Shown in pieces: positions 1 to 11,297 of a stretch of 25,182 nucleotides of DNA (positions are counted from its first letter, which is position 1; each line of letters begins with the position of its first letter). This DNA is from Sulfurimonadaceae bacterium. GTDB lineage: Bacteria; Campylobacterota; Campylobacteria; Campylobacterales; Sulfurimonadaceae. Made by a program: the position numbers and the translations under genes. The notes beneath the pieces were generated by a model. It worked only from the letters and a program-made list of their open reading frames with translations, searched no databases and was not told the DNA's origin. The stretch is taken from the NCBI GenBank assembly GCA_041548245.1, contig JBFESZ010000024.1, positions 1-25,182 of the forward strand, given 5' to 3'.

Positions 1-1
1 C

Positions 2-2086
2 ACGTCGATTGAAGGCAATGCAGCCCTGGTTATCTGGACGACGACACCATGGACACTGCCTGCAAATACAGGTATCGCTTTAAATCCTGAAGAGAAGTAT
101 GTCCGTACATCAGACGGATATATCGTTGCTGAGAAACTATACAGCAAGATGATAGAACAGGAAGTCGTTAAAGGCGAAGTAGTTCAGACTTTTGATGCAA
201 CAGTTTTTGACAAATTGCATGCTGTCAATCCTCTTAACGGAAGAGCATCACAGGTTGTCCTTGGTGAGCATGTCTTGATGGAAAATGGTACAGGGTGTGT
301 ACATACAGCACCAGGACATGGTGAGGATGACTACCGTGTGGGTCTTAAGTATAACCTTGAAGTGGTTATGCCGGTTGACGAGACAGGCTGTTATGATGAA
401 ACAGTGGTCAGAGAAAAGCTTCTTCCAAACCCTGAAGAGTTTGTCGGAAAACATATCTTTAAGTGTAATGAGACTATCAATGAACTTTTAGGCGATAAGC
501 TCTTGAAAGTTTCAAAGTTTATGCACTCGTATCCACACTGTTGGCGTTCACATACACCTTTGATCTTCCGTGCGACAAAACAGTGGTTTATTTCGGTAGA
601 TGGGACTCCAGAAGGTGAGCAGAAGACGTTAAGACAGATCGCTCAAGACGAAGTCGCAAAAACTGCATTTTATCCTGAGACAGGGCGCAAGCGTCTGAGC
701 TCAATGGTTGAGAACCGTCCTGACTGGTGTATATCGCGTCAAAGGGATTGGGGTGTACCAATCGCATTTTTCCGTGTCAAAGCAACAGGAGAGATCCTTT
801 TAGACGAGAAGGTCCTTAATTTTATAGCGATGGTGTTTGAGATGCAAGGTTCTGATGCTTGGTACTCTATGCCAACAGAACAACTTCTTTATCCGGGAAG
901 CGGTTATAAAGCGGATGAACTGGAGAAAGTAAGCGATATCTTGGATGTTTGGTTTGATTCTGGTTCGACATGGAACTCTGTTTTAAAGTCTCGTAACTAT
1001 GATGCGGGCGAGTACCAGGCTGATCTCTACCTTGAAGGTTCAGACCAGCATAGGGGATGGTTCCAGTCATCCTTGTTCCTTTCGGCAGCAGTTGAACACA
1101 AAGCGCCTTATAAGTCGATTCTTACTCATGGGTTTACAGTCGATGCCAAAGGTGAGAAGATGTCCAAGTCAAAAGGAAATGTTGTCGCACCTGAGAAGGT
1201 TATTAATGAATATGGGTCAGAGATCTTGCGTCTATGGGTTGCACTCTCAGATTATCAGACCGATCTTAAGATTTCGGATGATATCTTAAAGCAGACAGCA
1301 GAACAGTATAGAAAGATTCGTAATACTTTCAGATTCCTTTTAGCAAATATAGATGATCTTGAGAGTGTCTTGGCCTATGAGGAACTGGGTGCAATGGATC
1401 AGTGGATCGTCTCAAAAGCAAGTATTGTTTTTGATGAAGCCCATGATCTGTTCGAAAAATATAATTATGTACACGGGATGAGTGTGATCATCAATTTTAT
1501 TGTCAACGAGCTCTCCGGTATCTATCTGGCTGTAACGAAAGATAGCCTTTATTGTGATGCGAAAGACTCACAGACACGCCGTGGTTCACAATCGGCGATG
1601 GCAATTATTCTGAAACCGCTGTTACTGCTTCTTGCACCGATACTTACCTATACAGCAGATGAGATTTTAGAGACACTTCCTTCTGTTTTAAGAGGGGACG
1701 CTGAAGATATCTTTGATATGGTCTATGAATCAATTGATGCACCGGCTTCACTTTTTGAAGAGAAATATATGTCAGAGGCAAGGGATAAGTTCTCGGTTAT
1801 CGTTGATGGCCTGAAAAAGGAGAAGGTGATCAAAGACACTCTTGAATTGGTTATTTATGCAGAAAGCGAAAAGGTTAAAGCTCTTGAGCGCGTTGATGCT
1901 GAAGACTGGTTCCAGGTCTCTAAGGTGATCTTCCATGATGAGGCGAATGCGCTGGGAACATTTGAAGTTGAAGGCGATACCTTTAAAATTCTTAAAGCAG
2001 ACAAAGCAAAGTGTCCACGTTGTTGGAAGTTTAGAGCTGCGGCTGAGGATTGCTTGTGTGAACGTTGTGCCGAGGTGATGGCATAA
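2..2086 (+). CDS. ileS: Isoleucine--tRNA ligase (type 1), 5' truncated by the window
   Basis: Frame is open from nt 2 (TSIEGNAALVIWTTTPWTLPAN). Contains GTGCVHTAPGHG, DWCISRQR, EGSDQHRGWFQS, KMSKS and a C-terminal Zn motif CPRCW..CERC. Confidence 0.99.
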   Translation, partial: TSIEGNAALVIWTTTPWTLPANTGIALNPEEKYVRTSDGYIVAEKLYSKMIEQEVVKGEVVQTFDATVFDKLHAVNPLNGRASQVVLGEHVLMENGTGCVHTAPGHGEDDYRVGLKYNLEVVMPVDETGCYDETVVREKLLPNPEEFVGKHIFKCNETINELLGDKLLKVSKFMHSYPHCWRSHTPLIFRATKQWFISVDGTPEGEQKTLRQIAQDEVAKTAFYPETGRKRLSSMVENRPDWCISRQRDWGVPIAFFRVKATGEILLDEKVLNFIAMVFEMQGSDAWYSMPTEQLLYPGSGYKADELEKVSDILDVWFDSGSTWNSVLKSRNYDAGEYQADLYLEGSDQHRGWFQSSLFLSAAVEHKAPYKSILTHGFTVDAKGEKMSKSKGNVVAPEKVINEYGSEILRLWVALSDYQTDLKISDDILKQTAEQYRKIRNTFRFLLANIDDLESVLAYEELGAMDQWIVSKASIVFDEAHDLFEKYNYVHGMSVIINFIVNELSGIYLAVTKDSLYCDAKDSQTRRGSQSAMAIILKPLLLLLAPILTYTADEILETLPSVLRGDAEDIFDMVYESIDAPASLFEEKYMSEARDKFSVIVDGLKKEKVIKDTLELVIYAESEKVKALERVDAEDWFQVSKVIFHDEANALGTFEVEGDTFKILKADKAKCPRCWKFRAAAEDCLCERCAEVMA

Positions 2087-2198
2087 TGCCTTCCTTAAGT
2101 GAAGCAGTCCCATTTTGGTTTGTTTTGGCAACCGTTGGACTGATTTTCGTCATGATATTTATAGCACTTTATGTGATTAAAAGTAAAAAGGAAAAGAT

Positions 2199-2202
<4 letters not shown>
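2086..2202 (+). CDS. 38-aa single-pass membrane microprotein ([38 protein letters not shown])
   Basis: ATG overlaps the ileS stop (TAATG) and TGA overlaps the gatA GTG start (GTGA). Hydrophobic helix followed by a Lys-rich tail. Below the ORF track cutoff. Confidence 0.85.
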
Positions 2203-4987
<2,785 letters not shown>

Positions 4988-5081
4988 GCAAGGTCTGAAC
5001 AATAGGAAATAGAGACTAGCAAAGCGTAAAAACTTTTAACTTGCTTTATTTCATCATGGAAAACAGTTAGATGGAAAACAA

Positions 5082-5215
5082 GGTTTTCACTGTTTATCGT
5101 TAAAGCGATAAAACTCTTTATTAAAAGGGTTTGTTTTAGACATAAACTCTTTGTAAAAAGAGTGTTTAAACGATAAACATTCATAAATTGACATTATGGG
5201 TGTCAAGTGAAAATC
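5082..5215 (+). ncRNA. Candidate structured cis-regulatory RNA (multi-stem) upstream of metY-metX
   Basis: Nested stems read by eye: 5082-5091/5206-5215, 5091-5101/5169-5179 (perfect 11 bp), 5111-5119/5124-5132, 5146-5152/5157-5163 (GUAA loop), 5188-5195/5199-5206. No known family recognised. Confidence 0.5.
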
Positions 5216-5253
5216 CGGCTAAACAATAATACGGAAAACAAAGGATGAATACG

Positions 5254-6522
5254 ATGAAACAACAAACTGCTGCCCTTCATGCGGGTTACGAAAAAGACTC
5301 TCAAAGTACAATGGCTGTGCCAATCTATCAAACAACCGCTTATGAATTCAGAGATGTAGAACACGCTGCAAACCTTTTTGCACTTAAAGAACTGGGGAAT
5401 ATCTATACACGTCTGATGAACCCGACGACAGATGTGTTTGAAAAACGTTTTGCGGAACTTGAAGGCGGGGAGGCTGCTGTCGCCGCATCAAGCGGAATGT
5501 CTGCTGTTTTCTTTGCAATTGCCAACTGTGCAGAAGCCGGTGATAATATTATCTGTGCGTCTCAGCTTTATGGCGGGACCTTGACGCAGACGCAACATAC
5601 TTTGAAGCGTTTCGGTATTGAAGCACGCTTCTTTGATGTTCATAACCCTGCAGAGATTGAAGCGTTGGTTGATGAGAAGACAAAATGTATCTTCTTTGAG
5701 TCTTTAACTAATCCTAGTATCGATGTCGCCGACATCGAAGCTATTACTGCCATTGCAAAGAAACACAGAATTGTCTCTATTGTTGACAACACAGTGGCAA
5801 CACCTATCCTTTGCCAACCCTTCAAACATGGCGTGGATGTGTCAGTTCACTCTGCAAGTAAATATACGACAGGGCAGGGCTTGGCAATCGGGGGAATACT
5901 TGTCGAGAGAAAAGGTCTATTAGAACTTTTGAAAGACAATCCTCGCTATCCTCAGTTCAATGAGCCTGATGAGTCATATCATGGTCTTATCTATGTTGAT
6001 GTGCCACTGCCTATCTTTACTCTACGTGTAAGAATCGGCCTTTTACGTGACTTGGGTGCGGTTGTTTCACCATTTAACTCATGGCTGTTCATTCAGGGGA
6101 TGGAGCATTTGAGTCTTCGTATGAGAGAACATTCTGCCAATGCTTTAGCTCTTGCAGAGTTTTTAGAGTCTCATCCTAAGGTCAAGAAGGTGAATTATCC
6201 AGGACTGAAATCAGACAGGAACTATACAAATGCGCAGAAGTACTTTAAAGAGGGGATGAGTTCAGGTTTACTTAGTTTTGAAGTTGCTGATATGGAAACA
6301 GCAGAGAAAATAGTAAATGCAACAGAGCTTTACTCATTGGTCGTGAACATCGGAGATTCAAAGTCTATCATTACTCATCCGGCATCGACAACGCACCAGC
6401 AGCTCTCTGCAGAGGAGTTAGACAAGTGCGGTGTACCTGCCGGTCTGATTCGTATCAGTGCCGGTCTGGAAGACAAAGAGGATTTGATTGCAGACATTAA
6501 GCAGGCATTAGAAAGAGCGTAA
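5254..6522 (+). CDS. metY: O-acetylhomoserine aminocarboxypropyltransferase (sulfhydrylase)
   Basis: PIYQTTAY, GNIYTRLMNPT, PLP lysine in HSASKY, NIGDSKS, HPASTTH. SD AAGGA at 5241-5245 favours ATG 5254 over 5245. Confidence 0.95.
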   Translation: MKQQTAALHAGYEKDSQSTMAVPIYQTTAYEFRDVEHAANLFALKELGNIYTRLMNPTTDVFEKRFAELEGGEAAVAASSGMSAVFFAIANCAEAGDNIICASQLYGGTLTQTQHTLKRFGIEARFFDVHNPAEIEALVDEKTKCIFFESLTNPSIDVADIEAITAIAKKHRIVSIVDNTVATPILCQPFKHGVDVSVHSASKYTTGQGLAIGGILVERKGLLELLKDNPRYPQFNEPDESYHGLIYVDVPLPIFTLRVRIGLLRDLGAVVSPFNSWLFIQGMEHLSLRMREHSANALALAEFLESHPKVKKVNYPGLKSDRNYTNAQKYFKEGMSSGLLSFEVADMETAEKIVNATELYSLVVNIGDSKSIITHPASTTHQQLSAEELDKCGVPAGLIRISAGLEDKEDLIADIKQALERA

Positions 6523-7626
6523 TTGAAAATAGAGACACACACAGCGCACTTTACGAATCCACTCTACTTGGAAAGCGGACGTATCTTAGAGCCTTATGAT
6601 ATTACGTATGAGACCTATGGTGAGCTAAACAAGGACAAGAGCAATGCGATACTAATCACGCATGCACTGACGGGTTCTCATCATGCCGCAGGTCTGTATG
6701 AGAACGAGAACAAACCTGGTTGGTGGAATGGACTGATCGGACCAGGTAAAGCGGTCGATACGGATAAGTATTTTGTCATATGCTCCAATGTCATTGGAAG
6801 CTGTTTTGGATCAACAGGTCCGATTTCAAACGATTATGTCACACACGCTCCCTACCGCTATAAATTCCCGGTTGTTACGATCAAGGATATGGTCAAGGCG
6901 CAAAGAATCTTGCTTGATAGTCTGGGCATCTATAAACTGGAAGCTATTATTGGCGGTTCTATGGGTGGGATGCAGGCTTTGCAGGCTGCCGTTGACTTTC
7001 CAAGTCTGGCGAACAAGGTTTTCGTTCTGGCTTCTACACATATGACACGTCCATGGGCAATAGCCTTTAATAAAGTTGCACAAGAGGCAATTTTGGAAGA
7101 CCCTGGCTTTAAAAAAGGGTATTATGAACCAACTGATATTGTGGCGAACGGACTGGTCGGTCTTGCAGTAGGACGCATGGCGGGACATATCAGTTTTCTT
7201 TCCCCCGATTCAATGGACAAGAAGTTTGGACGTGAATATAAGCGTACAGACGGTCTGTATGAACTTTTTGGCAAGTTCCAAGTCGAGTCCTATTTGGAAT
7301 ATAATGGGTATAATTTTACAAAATGGTTTGATCCCTTATCGTATCTATATATCACCAAAGCGATCAATATCTTTGATCTGAGCCGTGGTTTTGACTCTCT
7401 TGAAGAAGCACTGGCCAATGTCAAATCTAAACTCTATCTGATCAGTTTTGAGAGTGATATGCTTTTTCAGCCCAAAGAGTCCAAAGAGATTTATGATATC
7501 ATGCAGAAGATTCATCCGAAAGAGCAATCCGCATATCTTAACGTCGAGAGTGATTATGGGCATGATGCCTTTTTAGTTGAGATTGACAAGTTTGATAAGT
7601 ATATTAAGGAGGCCCTTGATGGCTAA
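6523..7626 (+). CDS. metX: Homoserine O-acyltransferase (probably acetyl), MetX family
   Basis: HALTGSHH, GWW, nucleophile GGSMGG, SDMLF, YGHDAFL. TTG start immediately after the metY stop. Confidence 0.95.
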   Translation: MKIETHTAHFTNPLYLESGRILEPYDITYETYGELNKDKSNAILITHALTGSHHAAGLYENENKPGWWNGLIGPGKAVDTDKYFVICSNVIGSCFGSTGPISNDYVTHAPYRYKFPVVTIKDMVKAQRILLDSLGIYKLEAIIGGSMGGMQALQAAVDFPSLANKVFVLASTHMTRPWAIAFNKVAQEAILEDPGFKKGYYEPTDIVANGLVGLAVGRMAGHISFLSPDSMDKKFGREYKRTDGLYELFGKFQVESYLEYNGYNFTKWFDPLSYLYITKAINIFDLSRGFDSLEEALANVKSKLYLISFESDMLFQPKESKEIYDIMQKIHPKEQSAYLNVESDYGHDAFLVEIDKFDKYIKEALDG

Positions 7627-7822
7627 AGAGAAGGCAAATCTTGTTGATTTTGAAAATAAGATAGAGAATGCAAAAAAGATCCTGGAAAAGCTGATGGACC
7701 CGGAGTTGACGCTGGATCAGAGTGTACAGTCTTATAAAGAGGGGATGCAAACCCTTCAGGACGCTCAGAAGATATTAGAAGAAGCAACATTAGAGTTCGA
7801 AAAAATCCAAGGAAAAGAGTAG
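7619..7822 (+). CDS. xseB: Exodeoxyribonuclease VII small subunit
   Basis: FE..I..A..IL.KL..PELTLDQSVQSYKEG pattern. SD AAGGAGG before ATG 7619; 67 aa. Confidence 0.88.
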   Translation: MAKEKANLVDFENKIENAKKILEKLMDPELTLDQSVQSYKEGMQTLQDAQKILEEATLEFEKIQGKE

Positions 7823-7831
7823 GGCATTTTG

Positions 7832-8623
7832 ATGAGAGCAGCGATTTTACAGATTCCCTCTGTTGGTCTTTCCACGGCCAAGTTCGATTATTACCTGCGT
7901 ATTGCCAAGAGCAAGCAGTGTAAGGTAGTCGTACTTGGGGAGTATCTTTTAAACCGGTTCTTCAAAGAGTTGGAGAATACACCTATAAGTATGATAAAAG
8001 AGCAGAGCGATCATCATATTAAGATGCTTAAAACGATGGCGGAAGAGTACGGTGTGATTATCATCGCACCATTGGTTATTGTTAAAAAGAAGCAGGCATA
8101 TAAAACTATTGTCAAGTTCTCTCCCACGTCGGTTTCCTATTACTACCAGCAAGTTTTAATCAACTATAAGCATTGGAATGAAGAGAAGTTTTTTGCCAAT
8201 GACATCGCTGAATTGAAAGCACCCATGATGTTTAGTATCGAAGGATTCAAATTCGCTGTGATGGCAGGGTTTGAACTTCATTTTGACGCATTTTGGAAAG
8301 ATATTATGAGTAAAAATGTGGATGCTGTTCTTCTGCCGAGTGTCTCGACTTTCGAGTCTCATGAACGTTGGCGAGAACTGATTAAAATGCGAGCTTTTAT
8401 AAACTCCTGCTATATTATCAGAGCCAATCGTATCGGTGAATATGTAGAAGGGGACTTGAGTTGGAACTTCTATGGTGATTCATTGGTCGTCAATCCCAAT
8501 GGCGAGATTGAAAATCATCTGGGCAATCAAGAAGAGCTTCTAATGATCGACCTTGATAAAAAAGCAGTTAGAGAAGCCAGAAAAGGTTGGGGCTTTAAAG
8601 AAGCATTACAGAAAAGAGCATGA
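7832..8623 (+). CDS. Carbon-nitrogen hydrolase (nitrilase-fold) protein with apparently degenerate triad
   Basis: AAILQ, VVVLGEY, RAFINSCYIIRANRIG, FYGDSLVVNPNG are family patterns. Confidence 0.88.
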   Translation: MRAAILQIPSVGLSTAKFDYYLRIAKSKQCKVVVLGEYLLNRFFKELENTPISMIKEQSDHHIKMLKTMAEEYGVIIIAPLVIVKKKQAYKTIVKFSPTSVSYYYQQVLINYKHWNEEKFFANDIAELKAPMMFSIEGFKFAVMAGFELHFDAFWKDIMSKNVDAVLLPSVSTFESHERWRELIKMRAFINSCYIIRANRIGEYVEGDLSWNFYGDSLVVNPNGEIENHLGNQEELLMIDLDKKAVREARKGWGFKEALQKRA

Positions 8624-10581
8624 ATCATCTAATAAAAGTTCTATGTTTACTGTTCCTGTTCAATGCAGTGGCTTATGCAGATACCGTTTTAGACAGTGAT
8701 CATCAAAACATAGAACTTTCAGGTGTCTCTTTTTTACAAGACAAAGAGGGAATACTCACTCTTGAAGAGGTTCAAGGCAAAGAGTTTTCAATATATAAGC
8801 AAAAGGTGGCAAGTTTTGGATTCACCTCTTCAGTGTATTGGTTTAAAATCCCTCTTTCTTTAAACGAGGATGCACGATTACATAACTGGTGGCTGCATGT
8901 CGGCTACCCGCTGCTGGACGAGATTGACCTCTATATCTGTGATGATCGAGGACGTTTACTGGAATCCAAGAAGAGTGGGAAACTCCGTCCTTTCAAGGAT
9001 CGTGAACTTAAAGACCGTCACTTTATCTTTCAAATTGATAGTACGGCTAAACAGACCCTTTATCTTCGTGTAAAAACGCAAAGTTCCATGCAAGTACCTA
9101 TGTCAATTATGACTTCAGAAGAACTTTTTGTTGATACACAATACTTCCTTATCATCTCAGGTCTGTATTATGGAATCTTTATACTGATCTTCTTTTATAA
9201 CCTTGTCAGTTTTATTTATACCCGAAGCAGAAAATACTTTTTGTATCTTCTCTTTATCTCTTCATTTGCTATGTATCAGCTTGCCTTGGATGGGATAGGA
9301 TTACAATATTTTTGGTCAGAATGGGAGTGGATGGTCTTGCACGGAAGTGCGACAATGATGGGAGTAATGATTATTGCCGTTATTATGTTCAGCCGGGACT
9401 TTTTAAAGACAGAAGAGTTTTCACCTAAAATAGATAGAGCCCTTATAGTGATATTGTTTGTGATGTTTTTAGTGACTTTTGCAGCCGTGTTTAGGCCTTA
9501 TGGTGACATTATTATGTTTATTGCAGCAGCGGCACTGATTTTACCGCCGATTTTATTGACGGCAGGGGTGATTTCTTATCAGAAGAATTTCTTTCCGGCA
9601 CGTTTTTATATTGCCGGCTGGGGTTCGTTTCTGGGGGGAAGCGTGCTCTTCGCCATGAACAAGTTTTCCTGGATAGCCGGGTTTGAGTTTCTCTCATATG
9701 CGCAGCAGGTTGGCTCAGCTTTGGAGATGATCTTCTTGTCATGGGCATTGGCAGATTCTTTAAAACAGTCCGAAATGGAATATATCAAAAAGTTAAGTGC
9801 ACTTAATATGCTTCTGCAAGAGAAAGTGAACGAAAGTCTTGCTCAAATGCGTCAAAATGATCAGGTAATGATTGAAAAATCCCGTTTGGCAGCGATGGGT
9901 GAGATGATTGAGCAGATTGCGCATCAATGGCGACAGCCTCTGCATGCACTCTCCTTATTGAATCAGGACCTTTATTTCAAGGTGCAGCTAAAAACAGTCA
10001 CGCAAGAAGATTATGAGAAGATTCATAATAAGATGAACGAACAGCTTCAGTATATGTCACAGACGATTGATGATTTTAGAAACTTTTCCAAACCCAATAA
10101 AGAAAAAGAATATTTCAATATTGAAGAGGTGATAAACAGTGCATTAAACCTAAATGAGGGGAGTCTGAAATACGCCAAGATCAGAGCCACTCTTGTAAGT
10201 GATAAGGAACATGCTGTTTTCGGGATGCGTCATGAGATGATGCAGGTCTTTATGAATATGATTAAAAATGCACAAGACATTGTCATAACACGAAAGATAC
10301 AAAACCCATGGCTTATTTTTACGGTAAAAGAGAAAGATAATATGGTTGAGATAACAGTAGAGGATAATGCCAAAGGTATTGAAGAAGACAAAATAGCCAA
10401 TGTCTTTGAGCCTTATTTTTCTACAAAGACTACGCTTGAAGGTTCAGGTATAGGTCTTTATATGTCTAAAGAGATCATCGAAAAAAGTTTTTTTGGTAAG
10501 ATGAGCGTCACCAACAGTGTGAATGGCGCACTGTTTACCATTACACTGCCATATGTTGAATCTGAAGTAAGTTTGGATTAA
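8620..10581 (+). CDS. Sensor histidine kinase with 7TMR-DISM extracellular and 7TM domains
   Basis: Signal peptide, SFGFTSSVYWFK and YPLLDEIDLY (DISMED2-like), about 7 TM helices, H-box EQIAHQWRQP, N-box NMIKNA, DNAKGI, FEPYFSTK, GSGIGL. Confidence 0.93.
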   Translation: MNHLIKVLCLLFLFNAVAYADTVLDSDHQNIELSGVSFLQDKEGILTLEEVQGKEFSIYKQKVASFGFTSSVYWFKIPLSLNEDARLHNWWLHVGYPLLDEIDLYICDDRGRLLESKKSGKLRPFKDRELKDRHFIFQIDSTAKQTLYLRVKTQSSMQVPMSIMTSEELFVDTQYFLIISGLYYGIFILIFFYNLVSFIYTRSRKYFLYLLFISSFAMYQLALDGIGLQYFWSEWEWMVLHGSATMMGVMIIAVIMFSRDFLKTEEFSPKIDRALIVILFVMFLVTFAAVFRPYGDIIMFIAAAALILPPILLTAGVISYQKNFFPARFYIAGWGSFLGGSVLFAMNKFSWIAGFEFLSYAQQVGSALEMIFLSWALADSLKQSEMEYIKKLSALNMLLQEKVNESLAQMRQNDQVMIEKSRLAAMGEMIEQIAHQWRQPLHALSLLNQDLYFKVQLKTVTQEDYEKIHNKMNEQLQYMSQTIDDFRNFSKPNKEKEYFNIEEVINSALNLNEGSLKYAKIRATLVSDKEHAVFGMRHEMMQVFMNMIKNAQDIVITRKIQNPWLIFTVKEKDNMVEITVEDNAKGIEEDKIANVFEPYFSTKTTLEGSGIGLYMSKEIIEKSFFGKMSVTNSVNGALFTITLPYVESEVSLD

Positions 10582-10626
10582 TGGCAATTTGAATATTATT
10601 GATTTTCATAAGAGAGGTAAGAGATC

Positions 10627-11295
10627 ATGATGAAGTATTTTCACCGTCAGGTTCAATTATGGGGAGAAGAAACCCAAACGAATCTGCAATCAAAAAGGAT
10701 TGTCATTATTGGATGTGGAGGACTGGGTTCTTCTTTGGCTTTCGCTCTGGGGGCTTCAGGAATCGGTGAGATTCATCTGGTCGATTTCGATGAGGTTTCT
10801 GTGCATAACATTCACAGACAGATCGCTTTTAAAACGGGTGATGAAGATAAGAAAAAATGTGAAGTGGTAGCAGAAGTGGTAGAGGCAAGATGCCCCTTTG
10901 TCAAAGCCATTGCCCATGATTGTGATTTTGACACTTTTGCTTTGAAAAAAATTGAGGTCGATCTCATCATCGATGCCACAGACAATCTGCCTACACGTGG
11001 AAAAATAAATGCCTATGCCAAAGAAGTAAATACACCGTGGCTATATGGTTCTGTTGAAGCTTTTAACGGGCAAGTATGCTTTTTTGAAAAGTCCTCTTTT
11101 GATGTTTTTAAGATCTCCAATAAAGCACCGGCAGGTATTGCGGCACCTATTGTGATGCATATTGCCTCTTTACAAGCAAACCTTGCGCTTCGTTATTTGG
11201 CGGGCCTGAAAATAAAAAAAGATTACCTTTATTATCTTTTCTTTGATGATGAAGGTGAGCTTATCACGCAAAAGTTCGGGCTTCCAATCTTGTAG
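10627..11295 (+). CDS. HesA/MoeB/ThiF family adenylyltransferase (short form)
   Basis: YFHRQ, GCGGLGS, VDFDEVSVHNIHRQ, DATDN. Confidence 0.92.
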   Translation: MMKYFHRQVQLWGEETQTNLQSKRIVIIGCGGLGSSLAFALGASGIGEIHLVDFDEVSVHNIHRQIAFKTGDEDKKKCEVVAEVVEARCPFVKAIAHDCDFDTFALKKIEVDLIIDATDNLPTRGKINAYAKEVNTPWLYGSVEAFNGQVCFFEKSSFDVFKISNKAPAGIAAPIVMHIASLQANLALRYLAGLKIKKDYLYYLFFDDEGELITQKFGLPIL

Positions 11296-11297
11296 CT

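Noticed and set aside
5056-5165. Short repeats read as a mini CRISPR array
   Set aside because: Repeats are only 9-10 nt, irregularly spaced, and there are no cas genes.
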